The notes under the pieces: generated by a model
Databases searched by the model: none
What the model saw: only the letters and a program-made list of their open reading frames with translations
Told to the model about the DNA's origin: nothing
Translations under genes and position numbers: made by a program
Shown here: piece after piece, positions 10,806 to 19,921 of the stretch
Numbering within the stretch: position 1 is the stretch's first letter
Layout: every line of letters begins with the position of its first letter
NCBI GenBank assembly: GCA_024280885.1
Contig: JAJRPF010000044.1
Span: forward strand, 25,622-89,621
Length of the DNA: 64,000 nt
From: Planctomycetota bacterium
GTDB lineage: Bacteria; Planctomycetota; JAJSAM01; JAJVHW01
Reading direction: 5' to 3'

Positions 10806-10829
10806 AAAAGGCGCGAAAACAGACCCGGT
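10806..10829 (+). repeat. Solo arm of the AAAAGGCGCGAAAACAGACCCGGT repeat family
   Basis: aaaaggcgcgaaaacagacccggt. Confidence 0.7.
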
Positions 10830-11095
10830 ATGGTCCCGAGTATGGTTCCGGGTCTTGGTCTCTGGACAGCGCAACCAGGGCTCGTAACAGAGTGAGGCGG
10901 CGGGAGTGGATTCCGCCTGCGAAACCAGCACTCGAGACGGGCTCACTTACGAGTCGGGGTCGGCACCGAAGCGCGGTAGTGAACGCCAAGCGCAGCCCCG
11001 GTTGAGCAGCCGGAGCCGCGACCAGAGCCGAACACCCGAGCGAAGCGAGGGGTGGCGACGGAGTCGCCACAGAATGAACGAGGCCGCCCAGGACG

Positions 11096-11518
11096 TCAGT
11101 CCTCCCCGGCCTCCCCGGCCGCCCTCGCCGCCAGGATCGCCTGGATGAGCTGCGCCGGCATGTCGGGCGGTGGGTCGGCGGCGGCGGCGACGCCGCGTGT
11201 CAGCTCGACGCTGCTTCGGAACCCGATCATGTACCGCACGCAATCGGGGCAGATGGCGAGGTGGGACTCGAAGACGATGCGCTTCGCGGCAGGCAGTCGA
11301 TCGGTGATGACGTCGTCCAGGAACGCGGCGATCGCAGCGCAGGTCAGCACGATGGCGTCGCGGCGAACCTCGGTGCATGCCGCGCACACGCGGATATGCG
11401 CTTCCGCAGCCGCGGAGTCCTCGGGCGTACCGCGACCCTGCGCGAGCTTGGCCAGCAAGGCGCGTGCACGCACGCAATCATCCGGAAAATCGGCAGATGG
11501 CCGGTCGCAATCGGTCAC
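11096..11518 (-). CDS. Soluble zinc-binding anti-sigma factor with two tandem zf-HC2 motifs
   Basis: HIRVCAAC and HLAICPDC (HxxxCxxC), each preceded by an upstream Cys; 4-nt overlap with the sigma gene. Confidence 0.85.
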   Translation of the reverse strand: MTDCDRPSADFPDDCVRARALLAKLAQGRGTPEDSAAAEAHIRVCAACTEVRRDAIVLTCAAIAAFLDDVITDRLPAAKRIVFESHLAICPDCVRYMIGFRSSVELTRGVAAAADPPPDMPAQLIQAILAARAAGEAGED

Positions 11519-12114
11519 TCAAGCACTCCCGACAGGTTCTTGCGTTCGAGCAGGGCTTTTAGGAGCTGCCGTCCGCGGTGAATACGCACACGGGCGGCGC
11601 CTGACTCGATCCCGAGTGCAGCGGCCACATCGGCCGTGGACAGTCCCTCGACGTCCCTCAACACCAAAGCCGTGCGCGCTCCTTCCGGTAGCTCGTTGAT
11701 TGTCTCGCGAACGAGCCTGCGCACCTCCGCGCGTTGCGAGATTTCGGGTGGCGTGTCGGCCCACGACGCCTGGCGCGTGATGTAGTGCCCGGTGCTGTCG
11801 TACGTCGGCAGCAGATCGTCCAGGGTGGGCTCGGGATGTCGATCCCGTTTCCGGATACGGAGCAAGCAGGCGTTCACGACGATGCGATGTAGCCACGTGC
11901 CGAGCCCTGCCCGCCCGTCGAATCCGTCGAGTGCGCGGAACGCCGAGAGGAACGCCTCCTGGACGGCGTCCTGCGCGTCGGCGTCCTGCCGCAGGAGACG
12001 CTTTGCGGTGGCGAGGAGGCGGCCGCCGTGGAGCGCGAGGAGCTCGGCAAACGCGGACTCTTCACCGGCGCGCAAGCGCACCAGAAGTCCGGCGTCGGCT
12101 GTCCCTTCCAACAT
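11515..12114 (-). CDS. ECF sigma factor
   Basis: AQDAVQEAFLSAF, FDGRAGLGTWLHRIVVN, RVRIHRGR. Confidence 0.92.
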   Translation of the reverse strand: MLEGTADAGLLVRLRAGEESAFAELLALHGGRLLATAKRLLRQDADAQDAVQEAFLSAFRALDGFDGRAGLGTWLHRIVVNACLLRIRKRDRHPEPTLDDLLPTYDSTGHYITRQASWADTPPEISQRAEVRRLVRETINELPEGARTALVLRDVEGLSTADVAAALGIESGAARVRIHRGRQLLKALLERKNLSGVLE

Positions 12115-12213
12115 CGTGACGCGAGGCTACACCCGGTTCCGGCCCGCGTCACCCCGCCGCGTGAAGTCGCAGTGTCGCGCCTCATCGGCGCGCCCCTGCG
12201 TCACCTCGCAGCA

Positions 12214-13401
12214 TCACCCGGCGGTGTCTGCACGCTGTGTGCGCCGGAGCCAGAGCCAGGCGCCGAGTGTGGCGACGGTCATGGCTCCGCCGACGACGAG
12301 CAGCACGGGGTGTTGGCCGTGGAGATCCACCTGGAAGCCGATCAGTGGGCCGATCACCAGGAAGAGAGCGCGAAAGAGCAGGCTGCGCAGCGAGAGGAAG
12401 CCCGCGCGGTCGCTCGATGGGAGCAGTTTCTGCTCCTCGTGCAGCAGCGCGGGTCCACAGAGCCCGCGTTGGAGGTTGAGGCAGAAGTAGAACGCGAAGC
12501 CGAACGTCCCGAACGAGAGCGCCAGCCCGAAGTAGCCCGTGGCGACGAGCGCGACACAGGCGAGCAACGTGGGGAGCAGACCGAAGCGACCGACGACGCG
12601 ATCGCTCGTGAGCGAGGCGATCGCGACGATGAAGTTTGCGATCGCCCACATGGGGCCGATCCACGGGTCCGGCACGCCGGCTCCGGACGCGTAGAGCGGG
12701 ATCAGCCACACGGGGACGAACGACGCCATCCCGAGCAGCACGGTGAGCAGCACGATCGCCGCGAGTCGCGGATTGCCGCCGAGGACCGTGCGCAGCATGC
12801 GCACGATGCGGCGCAGATGGCCGCCGGGCTCGGGCAGGTGGCGTGCGGGCTCGACCATGCGCCAGGCGATGACGCCCGCGGCGGTCCAGACCCCGAGTTG
12901 GAGCACGAACGGTAGACGCGGCTCGAAGACGTAGAGGAGCCCGGCGAAGAGTGCGGCCGCCCCCTCCGATGTCTGCCCGAAGAAGCGAAAGCGTCCGTCC
13001 CAACGCCGGAACGAGGCCTCGTCGCCCGTCTCCTTCAGCGACTCGAACATGAGTGCGGCGTCGGTGCCCGAAATCAGCGAGATCCCGACTCCGAGCAGCG
13101 CCTCGGCGGCGGCCGCCCACCAGAAACTGTCGGCCATGCAGTAGAGGCCCCAGCCGAGCACGTTCAGGGCGCTGCCGATGAGCAGCGAGCGGCGGTATCC
13201 GAGGCGATCGGCCAGGTATCCCGACGGAAACTCGAAGAGCGCGACCGAGAGCCCGAAGAGCCCTTGCAGCAGCAGGATCTCGTGCATCGACATCCCGAGC
13301 CGTCGCTGCCAGAAGAGCGTGATGATCGCCACCGGGAAGAGCGTCATCTGCAGTCCGTGGAAGGCGCAGAGCAGGCGAGGGTTGCGATCGAGTGCGCGCA
13401 T
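12214..13401 (-). CDS. MFS transporter
   Basis: About 12 hydrophobic segments; motif A FEFPSGYLADRLGYRRSL. Confidence 0.9.
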   Translation of the reverse strand: MRALDRNPRLLCAFHGLQMTLFPVAIITLFWQRRLGMSMHEILLLQGLFGLSVALFEFPSGYLADRLGYRRSLLIGSALNVLGWGLYCMADSFWWAAAAEALLGVGISLISGTDAALMFESLKETGDEASFRRWDGRFRFFGQTSEGAAALFAGLLYVFEPRLPFVLQLGVWTAAGVIAWRMVEPARHLPEPGGHLRRIVRMLRTVLGGNPRLAAIVLLTVLLGMASFVPVWLIPLYASGAGVPDPWIGPMWAIANFIVAIASLTSDRVVGRFGLLPTLLACVALVATGYFGLALSFGTFGFAFYFCLNLQRGLCGPALLHEEQKLLPSSDRAGFLSLRSLLFRALFLVIGPLIGFQVDLHGQHPVLLVVGGAMTVATLGAWLWLRRTQRADTAG

Positions 13402-13525
13402 GGCGAAGAGCCATCGTCGGCGCTGCCCACGCGGAGTCCAATCTCCACGTTGCCGCTCGTACGCCGTATTCTGGCAGCCCGCAACTCAGCTACGGGGGCA
13501 TTGACCCCGACTCAGGAGAAAATCG

Positions 13526-14098
13526 ATGACCTTCCGGAACTCCCTCACCGCTCTTTCCCTTTCCCTCGGGCTCCTCGTCACGGGCGCCACTCTGACTGGC
13601 TGTGCACATTCGAGTGGCACGCATGACGGCATGGATTCACATGGCGCTACGGTCGCGGTGGCAGCGCTGCAGGCCAAGTCCGGCAGCAACGTGCGCGGCT
13701 GGGTGCGCTTCGAGGAGGTCGAAGGGGGCGTACAGATCACCGCGCGCATCGAGGGTCTGAAGGCGAATTCGAAGCACGCGATCCATGTCCACGAACTCGG
13801 GGATTGCTCGTCGTCCGATGGCAAGAGCGCGGGCGGCCACTACAACCCCGAGGGTCACGCACACGCTGGACCCGACGCGGCCGAGAGCCACGCGGGCGAC
13901 CTCGGTAACCTCCAGTCCGACGGCTCGGGGTCGGCGTCCTACAACCGGACGTTCGCGAACCTGAGTATCGCGGGCTCGAACAACCCGGTCATCGGCCACG
14001 CGATCATCATCCACGCGGGCGAGGACGACCTGAAGTCGCAGCCCACGGGCAACGCCGGTGGACGTCTGGCCTGCGGCACGATCGGCTTCGCGAAGTAA
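13526..14098 (+). CDS. sodC: Cu/Zn superoxide dismutase, lipoprotein
   Basis: Lipobox LTGC; HAIHVH, GGHYNP, HAGDLGNL, IIIHAGEDD, GGRLACG. Confidence 0.95.
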   Translation: MTFRNSLTALSLSLGLLVTGATLTGCAHSSGTHDGMDSHGATVAVAALQAKSGSNVRGWVRFEEVEGGVQITARIEGLKANSKHAIHVHELGDCSSSDGKSAGGHYNPEGHAHAGPDAAESHAGDLGNLQSDGSGSASYNRTFANLSIAGSNNPVIGHAIIIHAGEDDLKSQPTGNAGGRLACGTIGFAK

Positions 14099-14267
14099 GG
14101 GTCCGCGCAAGAATAACTTCCGGGATTCGGTCGGCTGCGGCGGCGTAGGACTGCGTTGCCTCTCCTCCCCGACTCGGCTCCGCAATGAGTCGCGTCGTCG
14201 ATGCGCCTTGTCCTACACCGCCTCGCTCGCCCTCGGTCCGAGGAACTTATTCTTGCGCGAACCCTAA
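14096..14267. repeat. ERIC/MITE-like nested inverted-repeat element
   Basis: 24-bp terminal IR 14098-14121 / 14242-14265 (2 mismatches); inner ctgcgttg...gactc..gagtc...gcgccttg core; TA at both ends. Confidence 0.8.
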
Positions 14268-14362
14268 CCACGGTGGCGCCCCGATACGGGCGACCCAGAA
14301 AGTGAAGTCGGGGCGGACGCGTGCAGTCTGCGTCGCCGCCCCGCTTCGTATTCAGCCCGCCT

Positions 14363-14932
14363 CTACTCCTGACGTCCTTCGATGGCGGCCAAGAGGATCG
14401 CGCTCCCGAGTATCAAGCGCGGGTCGAGTTGCGACGCCGGCTGGATCGAGACGTTCAGCTTGTAGATGAACGGGTTGAACTGCTGGCTGAACGTGGCGTG
14501 CTCCATGCCGGAGTCGCTCTTCACGCTGAAGTTCTGCGGGATGAGGTTCGAGAGCATGCGGCGCATCATCGCCATCATCATCGAGTCCTCCTCGACCTTC
14601 GCGACAGGTGTGTCGGTCGTGTCGAGCAGCTCCCACGAGTCGCGGACGATCGAACTCCAACCCTTGCGTCGCGCGGCCCCGACCGACTCGCCGGAGCGCG
14701 CGTCCACGATGTCGTAGGCCGCGCTGAAGTCGATGATGCTGCGAGCCTGGATCGTGAGCACCTCGGAGGACATGCTCTCGTCCGTGTAGATCCGGATGTC
14801 CTCCTTCAGCTTGAACGCCTTCTGCTTCGAGTAGCCGACCAGCTTCCCGCTGCCGTCATAGACGTGGAACGCCGCGCCGAAGAGCTTGAAGACCTGGCGA
14901 CGGATCGTGTATTCGCTCGATTGCAGAGGCAT
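14363..14932 (-). CDS. LURP-one/scramblase (tubby C-terminal-like) protein
   Basis: YTIRRQVFKLFGAAFHVYD...KQKAFKLKEDIRIYTDE...IIDFSAAYDIVD pattern. Confidence 0.75.
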   Translation of the reverse strand: MPLQSSEYTIRRQVFKLFGAAFHVYDGSGKLVGYSKQKAFKLKEDIRIYTDESMSSEVLTIQARSIIDFSAAYDIVDARSGESVGAARRKGWSSIVRDSWELLDTTDTPVAKVEEDSMMMAMMRRMLSNLIPQNFSVKSDSGMEHATFSQQFNPFIYKLNVSIQPASQLDPRLILGSAILLAAIEGRQE

Positions 14933-15355
14933 CTGTCTCTCTCCCGTGGGTGGCGTCGCGCCGAGGGCTGTGCCCCCAAATCGCGTCCTCCCCAGTCTTG
15001 TCGTTCGTTGTCCTATCGATCGTCCGACTCTGGCCCGCTGTGGAGCGCGATGGCGCGCCGGATGACGTGCGTGCCTGGTCGGACGACGCTCAAGCTCACG
15101 ATTCGAGCACGCGCCGGCGACCTGAGTCACGTCCGCGGGCCATGACCCTCCGGACCTCCGCCCCACGGGCCATTGTGGAGGCTATGCTCAAGAGGTTCCC
15201 CCGGGAGCATCGATCCAAGTTGTGAGCGAAGGCCACGAATTTGGAGCCGATGCTCGAGATCCAGGCGCGCGTCGAGCCCGCCTCGCCGAACCCGATCCCG
15301 CGAGACCGAGCCGCACCGGCTTGGCGCCGCCATGCAGGAAACCGAGAAAGCCGCG

Positions 15356-17266
15356 ATGACCACCGAGACCCCCTCCGCCCCTGCCGCGCACGAAACCGTG
15401 ATCGACACGACGAAGATGAACGAGGGCAAGCGCAAGGCGCTCGAACTCGCGGAGGCTTCGCGTGACGAGGGCGAGTCGTACGTCTCCCCGTCGTTCGCGG
15501 GCGGTCTCTTCATGGGCCACTACGACCTCTCGATCATCAATCCGTTCCCGGAACAGTCGCCCGAGGACCGCGCCGCCGGCGCCGAGTTCCTGGAGCAGCT
15601 CGGGGACTTCGTCGCGGAGCACGTGGACGGTGACGCGATCGATCGCGACGAGGAGATCCCAGACGCCGTGATCGACGGGCTGCGGGAGCTCGGCGCATTC
15701 GGCATCAAGATCGGCACGGAGTACGGCGGACTCGGACTCTCCCAGACCAACTACAGCAAGGCCGCGCTGCTGGTGGGTGGCGAGTGCGCGAGTACCGCCG
15801 CGCTGATCTCGGCGCATCAGTCGATCGGCGTGCCACAACCGCTCAAGCTCTTCGGCACGCCGGAGCAGAAGCAGCGCTTCATGCCGCGGCTCGCGAAGGG
15901 CGCGCTCTCGGCATTTGCACTGACCGAGGAAGAGGCCGGCTCCGATCCCGCCCGCATGACGACGACGGCCGTGAAGTCCGAGGACGGGAGCCACTACGTC
16001 GTCAACGGCGAGAAGCTCTGGTGTACGAACGGCAACCGCGCGGAACTGCTGGTTGTGATGGCGCTGACGGAGCCGAAGATCGTGCGCGGTCGCGAGCGTC
16101 CGCAAATCACGGCCTTCGTGGTGGAAGTCGACTCCCCGGGCGTCGAGATCCTGCACACGTGTCAGTTCATGGGGCATAAGGCGATCGCGAACGGTGTCAT
16201 CCGTTTCACCGACGTGAACGTCCCCGCTGAGAACCTCATCTGGGCCGAGGGACGCGGTCTAAAGGTGGCTCTCTCGACGTTGAACACCGGTCGTCTGACA
16301 CTGCCCGCCGCCGCGACCGGCGTCGCGAAGCGTTGTCTCCGGATCACGCGTGAGTGGGCCGCCAAGCGCGAGCAATGGGGTGCACCGATCGGCGAGCACG
16401 CAGCCGTCGCCGACAAGATCGCCCGCATGGCCGCGACCGTCTTCGCGATGGAGTCGATGGTGCTGCTCGCGTCGTCGCTCGTGGACAAGGGCACGGCCGA
16501 CGTCCGCATCGAGTCCGCCATGTGCAAGATGTGGGGCTGCGAGGCCGGTTGGCGCGTCATCAACGATTGCATGCAGGTGCGCGGTGGCCGCGGCTACGAG
16601 ACAGAGAAGTCGCTGCAGGATCGGGGCGTAGAGTTCTCGCCCGTCGAGCGTTTTCTGCGCGACGCGCGCATCCACACGATCTTCGAGGGATCCTCCGAGA
16701 TCATGCGTCTGCTGCTCGCGCGCGAGGCGCTCGATCCGCATCTGCAGGTCGCCGGCGCAGTCCTCGATAGCCGTCTGCCATTGGGCAAACGCGCCGCCGC
16801 CGCACTGAAGGCGGGCGCGTTCTACGCACCCTGGTATCCCGCTCGCTGGTGGCCGTTCCCCACGACCGGCGCGCGCGGGCTGCACCCGACGCTCGACGCC
16901 CACGCATCGCGCTTGGCGCGCGCATCCCAGAAGCTCGCGCGACGCCTCTTCCACGCGATGGCCCGCTACGGTCCGGCGCTCGAGGAGCATCAGGTCCTGC
17001 TCGGCCGCTTCGTCGAGATCGGCACCGAGATCTTCGCCGCATCCACGACGATCACCCGCGCGCAGGGAATGATCGACCGTGGCGAGGGGGGCGACGAAGC
17101 GCTGCGTCTGGCCGACTTCTTCTGCCGCGAGGCACTGAAGAATATCGACCTCAATCACCGCGGGATCAGCCGCAACAACGACAGCATGGCCTACGACCTC
17201 GCGCAGGACGTGACCGCTGGAAAGTACGCGTTCGCGGAAGCAGGAACGGCCCACCCGCGGACGTAG
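15356..17266 (+). CDS. Acyl-CoA dehydrogenase (long ACAD9/VLCAD-like form)
   Basis: AFALTEEEAGSD, NGEKLWCTNG, MQVRGGRGY, RDARIHTIFEGSSEI; alternative start 15332. Confidence 0.92.
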   Translation: MTTETPSAPAAHETVIDTTKMNEGKRKALELAEASRDEGESYVSPSFAGGLFMGHYDLSIINPFPEQSPEDRAAGAEFLEQLGDFVAEHVDGDAIDRDEEIPDAVIDGLRELGAFGIKIGTEYGGLGLSQTNYSKAALLVGGECASTAALISAHQSIGVPQPLKLFGTPEQKQRFMPRLAKGALSAFALTEEEAGSDPARMTTTAVKSEDGSHYVVNGEKLWCTNGNRAELLVVMALTEPKIVRGRERPQITAFVVEVDSPGVEILHTCQFMGHKAIANGVIRFTDVNVPAENLIWAEGRGLKVALSTLNTGRLTLPAAATGVAKRCLRITREWAAKREQWGAPIGEHAAVADKIARMAATVFAMESMVLLASSLVDKGTADVRIESAMCKMWGCEAGWRVINDCMQVRGGRGYETEKSLQDRGVEFSPVERFLRDARIHTIFEGSSEIMRLLLAREALDPHLQVAGAVLDSRLPLGKRAAAALKAGAFYAPWYPARWWPFPTTGARGLHPTLDAHASRLARASQKLARRLFHAMARYGPALEEHQVLLGRFVEIGTEIFAASTTITRAQGMIDRGEGGDEALRLADFFCREALKNIDLNHRGISRNNDSMAYDLAQDVTAGKYAFAEAGTAHPRT

Positions 17267-17382
17267 CCCGGTCGCCTCCCTCGTGGATCGGTTGGCGAAA
17301 TCGCTCGGGATCCGTACGCTTCGCGGCGTATGTCCAGGCAGAACCCCCGAAAGTCCTCGATTGAAGCCCCCGGAGCGGTGTT

Positions 17383-19245
17383 ATGAGCGGTGCCGTTGCG
17401 TTCGTGGTTTCCGATGTCGAGAAGCGCTATGCCGGTGTCACGGTGCTCGAACACGCGAGTGTGTCGATCCACCAGCGCCAGAAGGTCGGGATCATCGGTC
17501 GCAACGGCGCGGGCAAGTCGACGCTGATCCGACTCCTGTTGGCGCAAGAGCAACCGGATGACGGCACGATCGTCCGGGCCGACGGCCTGCGCGTCGGTTA
17601 CCTCGAGCAGCACGACGCCTTCACGCAGGAGGAGACCGCTGGCGCATTCCTCGAACGCCATACCGGCTGCGAGGGCTGGCGCTGCGGTCAGGTCGCGCAC
17701 AAGCTGGGCCTGACCCCCGAGAACCTCGCTACCACGATGAGCGAGTTGTCGGGCGGGTATCGCACGCGCGTCAAGCTGACGGCGATGCTGCTCGCGGACC
17801 CCGACTTCCTCGTGCTCGACGAGCCGACGAACTTCCTCGACCTGACGACCGTGCTGCTGCTGCAGGACTTCCTCGTGGACTTCCGCGGTGGGGTGCTCGT
17901 CGTCTCGCACGATCGCGAGTTCCTGAAGGCGTCGTGCGATCACACGCTGCTCGTCGAGCGCGGCGGTCTCACGCTCTACCCAGGCAACATCGAGGAGTTC
18001 TTCGTCTGGAAGGCCGAGCAGATGGACCTCGCGCGTCGCACGAGCGCGGCGGTCGAGGCGAAGCGCAAGCACCTGCAGCAATTCGTCGATCGCTTCGGCG
18101 CGAAGGCGTCGAAGGCCGCGCAAGCGAAGAGCAAGCAGAAGCAGATCCAGCGGTTGCAGCCCGTCACGATCGCCAATCCGTTGGCGACCGCGCGCGTGCA
18201 CATTCCGAAGGCGGGCGGACGGCCGGGTCTGGCGATCGCCGCCGAGGACATGACGATCGGCTACCCCGACCACACGATCGCGAAGGAAGTCGCGCTCGCG
18301 ATCGAGCGCGGCGACAAGGTCGCAATCGTCGGCGACAACGGACAAGGCAAGACCACGTTGCTGCGGACGTTGGCTTCCGATCTCGCGGCGCTCGCCGGCC
18401 GCGTGCGACTCGGCCACGGGACCGAGATCAGTTACTACGCGCAGCACGTCTATCAGGCACTCAACCCGAACGACACCGTCTTCGAGCACCTTGAGTTGTG
18501 CGCGCCACGCGACGTGACGCGGCAGCAGATCCTCGCGATGGCCGGGTCATTGCTCTTCCGCGGCGACGACGTCGAGAAGCGGGTCTCGGTGCTCTCGGGT
18601 GGCGAGCGGGCACGCGTCTGTCTGGCCGGCTTGCTGCTGGCGAAGAAGTCGGTGCTCATCCTCGACGAACCCACGAACCACCTGGATTTCGAGACGGTCG
18701 AAGCGCTCGGCGTGGCGCTGCGTGAATTCGACGGCGCCGTGCTCTTCGTGAGCCACGATCGGACGTTCGTGAATATGGCGGCGACGCAGATCGTCGAGGT
18801 CGATCAAGGCACTGTGCGACGTCTCTCCGGCTCGTACGCCGACTACGTCGAGCAGTTGCAACTTCGGGCGCGTAGAGCGTCTGCCCCCGTGAAGAAGAAC
18901 GCGCGGAGCGATGCTCCCGTCAACGGGAAGAAAAGCGAGAACACCGCCAAGAAATCGGGTGGCGGAGACGCCGCGAGCGCGATGGCCGAGTTGACGCCGA
19001 AGCAACTGCACGCCGAGCGGCGTCGACGGAAGAACGCGCGGCAGACCGCCGAGCGCAAGCTGCGCAATGTGGAGCGTCAGATGGCCGAACTCCAGGAGGA
19101 GCAGGCGTCGCTGCATACACGCATCGCGTCCGATGCGGCGGACCGCTCGCTCTACACGCAGCTAGCGAACGTCGAGAAGCGGCTCGCCGCCGTGGAGCCC
19201 GAGTGGCTGGAGCTCACGTCGAAGTTGGAGATGCTCCCCGTCTGA
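17383..19245 (+). CDS. ABC-F family ATPase (YheS/Uup-like)
   Basis: Two ABC cassettes (GRNGAGKS/LSGGYR, GDNGQGKT/LSGGER), LDEPTN motifs, C-terminal coiled coil. Confidence 0.92.
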   Translation: MSGAVAFVVSDVEKRYAGVTVLEHASVSIHQRQKVGIIGRNGAGKSTLIRLLLAQEQPDDGTIVRADGLRVGYLEQHDAFTQEETAGAFLERHTGCEGWRCGQVAHKLGLTPENLATTMSELSGGYRTRVKLTAMLLADPDFLVLDEPTNFLDLTTVLLLQDFLVDFRGGVLVVSHDREFLKASCDHTLLVERGGLTLYPGNIEEFFVWKAEQMDLARRTSAAVEAKRKHLQQFVDRFGAKASKAAQAKSKQKQIQRLQPVTIANPLATARVHIPKAGGRPGLAIAAEDMTIGYPDHTIAKEVALAIERGDKVAIVGDNGQGKTTLLRTLASDLAALAGRVRLGHGTEISYYAQHVYQALNPNDTVFEHLELCAPRDVTRQQILAMAGSLLFRGDDVEKRVSVLSGGERARVCLAGLLLAKKSVLILDEPTNHLDFETVEALGVALREFDGAVLFVSHDRTFVNMAATQIVEVDQGTVRRLSGSYADYVEQLQLRARRASAPVKKNARSDAPVNGKKSENTAKKSGGGDAASAMAELTPKQLHAERRRRKNARQTAERKLRNVERQMAELQEEQASLHTRIASDAADRSLYTQLANVEKRLAAVEPEWLELTSKLEMLPV

Positions 19246-19250
19246 AGCGG

Positions 19251-19364
19251 CGATACGGAGCCAGGACAACTTCGGCAGAGTTCGGAGCATGGGTAACGCA
19301 AGTGCGACGGCTCTCTCCGAACTCCGCCGAAGTTGTCCTGGCTCCGTATCGTGGCTCCGTATCG
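19251..19364. repeat. 37-bp inverted repeat plus 13-bp tandem duplication between convergent genes
   Basis: Arms 19251-19287 / 19315-19351 (1 mismatch); tggctccgtatcg duplicated at 19339-19364. Confidence 0.9.
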
Positions 19365-19892
19365 CTACAGCCCCTTCGGGTTGTCGAGGTCCACGACCTC
19401 GGGCAGGTCGAAGTCGGCCGGTGTGAGTGCCGTCTCGACGCGATCGAGGGGATCACCCGGCGCGGGCACGTAGTCCGGGTCCGGGACGCGTGGGCGCCGC
19501 CGCGGGCGAACATCGATCGGCGCTTCGTCCTCGTCATCGTCTCCGAGCACGTCTTCGACGCGCGCGATCCGGGCGCCGAGTTGACTGCACTTGCCGAAGA
19601 GCTCACGGTCGTTTGTGACGACGAGCAGACGCCGCGGATTCACCGCGTGACGGACGTCCTCGAGGATCTCGGTGTCGGCTTCGGTCTGCCCACAGTACGT
19701 AACCTTGACGCCCTCCTGGCGATGCACCGTCGGGAGATTGCGGGGACTGCCGCGTCCGTCGAAGTAGACGGTCGCGTTCGGCATGCGATCTCGTACGCGG
19801 CGTAGCAACGCATGGCGATCGCGCTCGTGGTCGCCCGTCAGCAGGCGCAACGCGAAGAGTGCGTTGTGGCCGTCGATGAGGATTGTCTCCAT
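19365..19892 (-). CDS. NYN/YacP (Rae1)-like PIN-fold ribonuclease
   Basis: ILIDGHN, VYFDG, EADTEI, VVTNDREL. Confidence 0.85.
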   Translation of the reverse strand: METILIDGHNALFALRLLTGDHERDRHALLRRVRDRMPNATVYFDGRGSPRNLPTVHRQEGVKVTYCGQTEADTEILEDVRHAVNPRRLLVVTNDRELFGKCSQLGARIARVEDVLGDDDEDEAPIDVRPRRRPRVPDPDYVPAPGDPLDRVETALTPADFDLPEVVDLDNPKGL

Positions 19893-19921
19893 GGTGGTCG
19901 TTCGTCCGTTCGGAGCGCCCG

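Noticed and set aside
10828-10863. 12-bp triple repeat as a CRISPR array
   Set aside because: Units too short, no spacers and no cas genes in the window
19251-19259. CGATACGGA shared between this IR and the lexA operator flank
   Set aside because: Only 9 bp, no second half-site, and a 3'-convergent location; treated as coincidence
4541-19892. EttA, second ABC-F, DbpA and NYN as a translation-control island
   Set aside because: Genes are scattered, unlinked in orientation and individually common housekeeping genes
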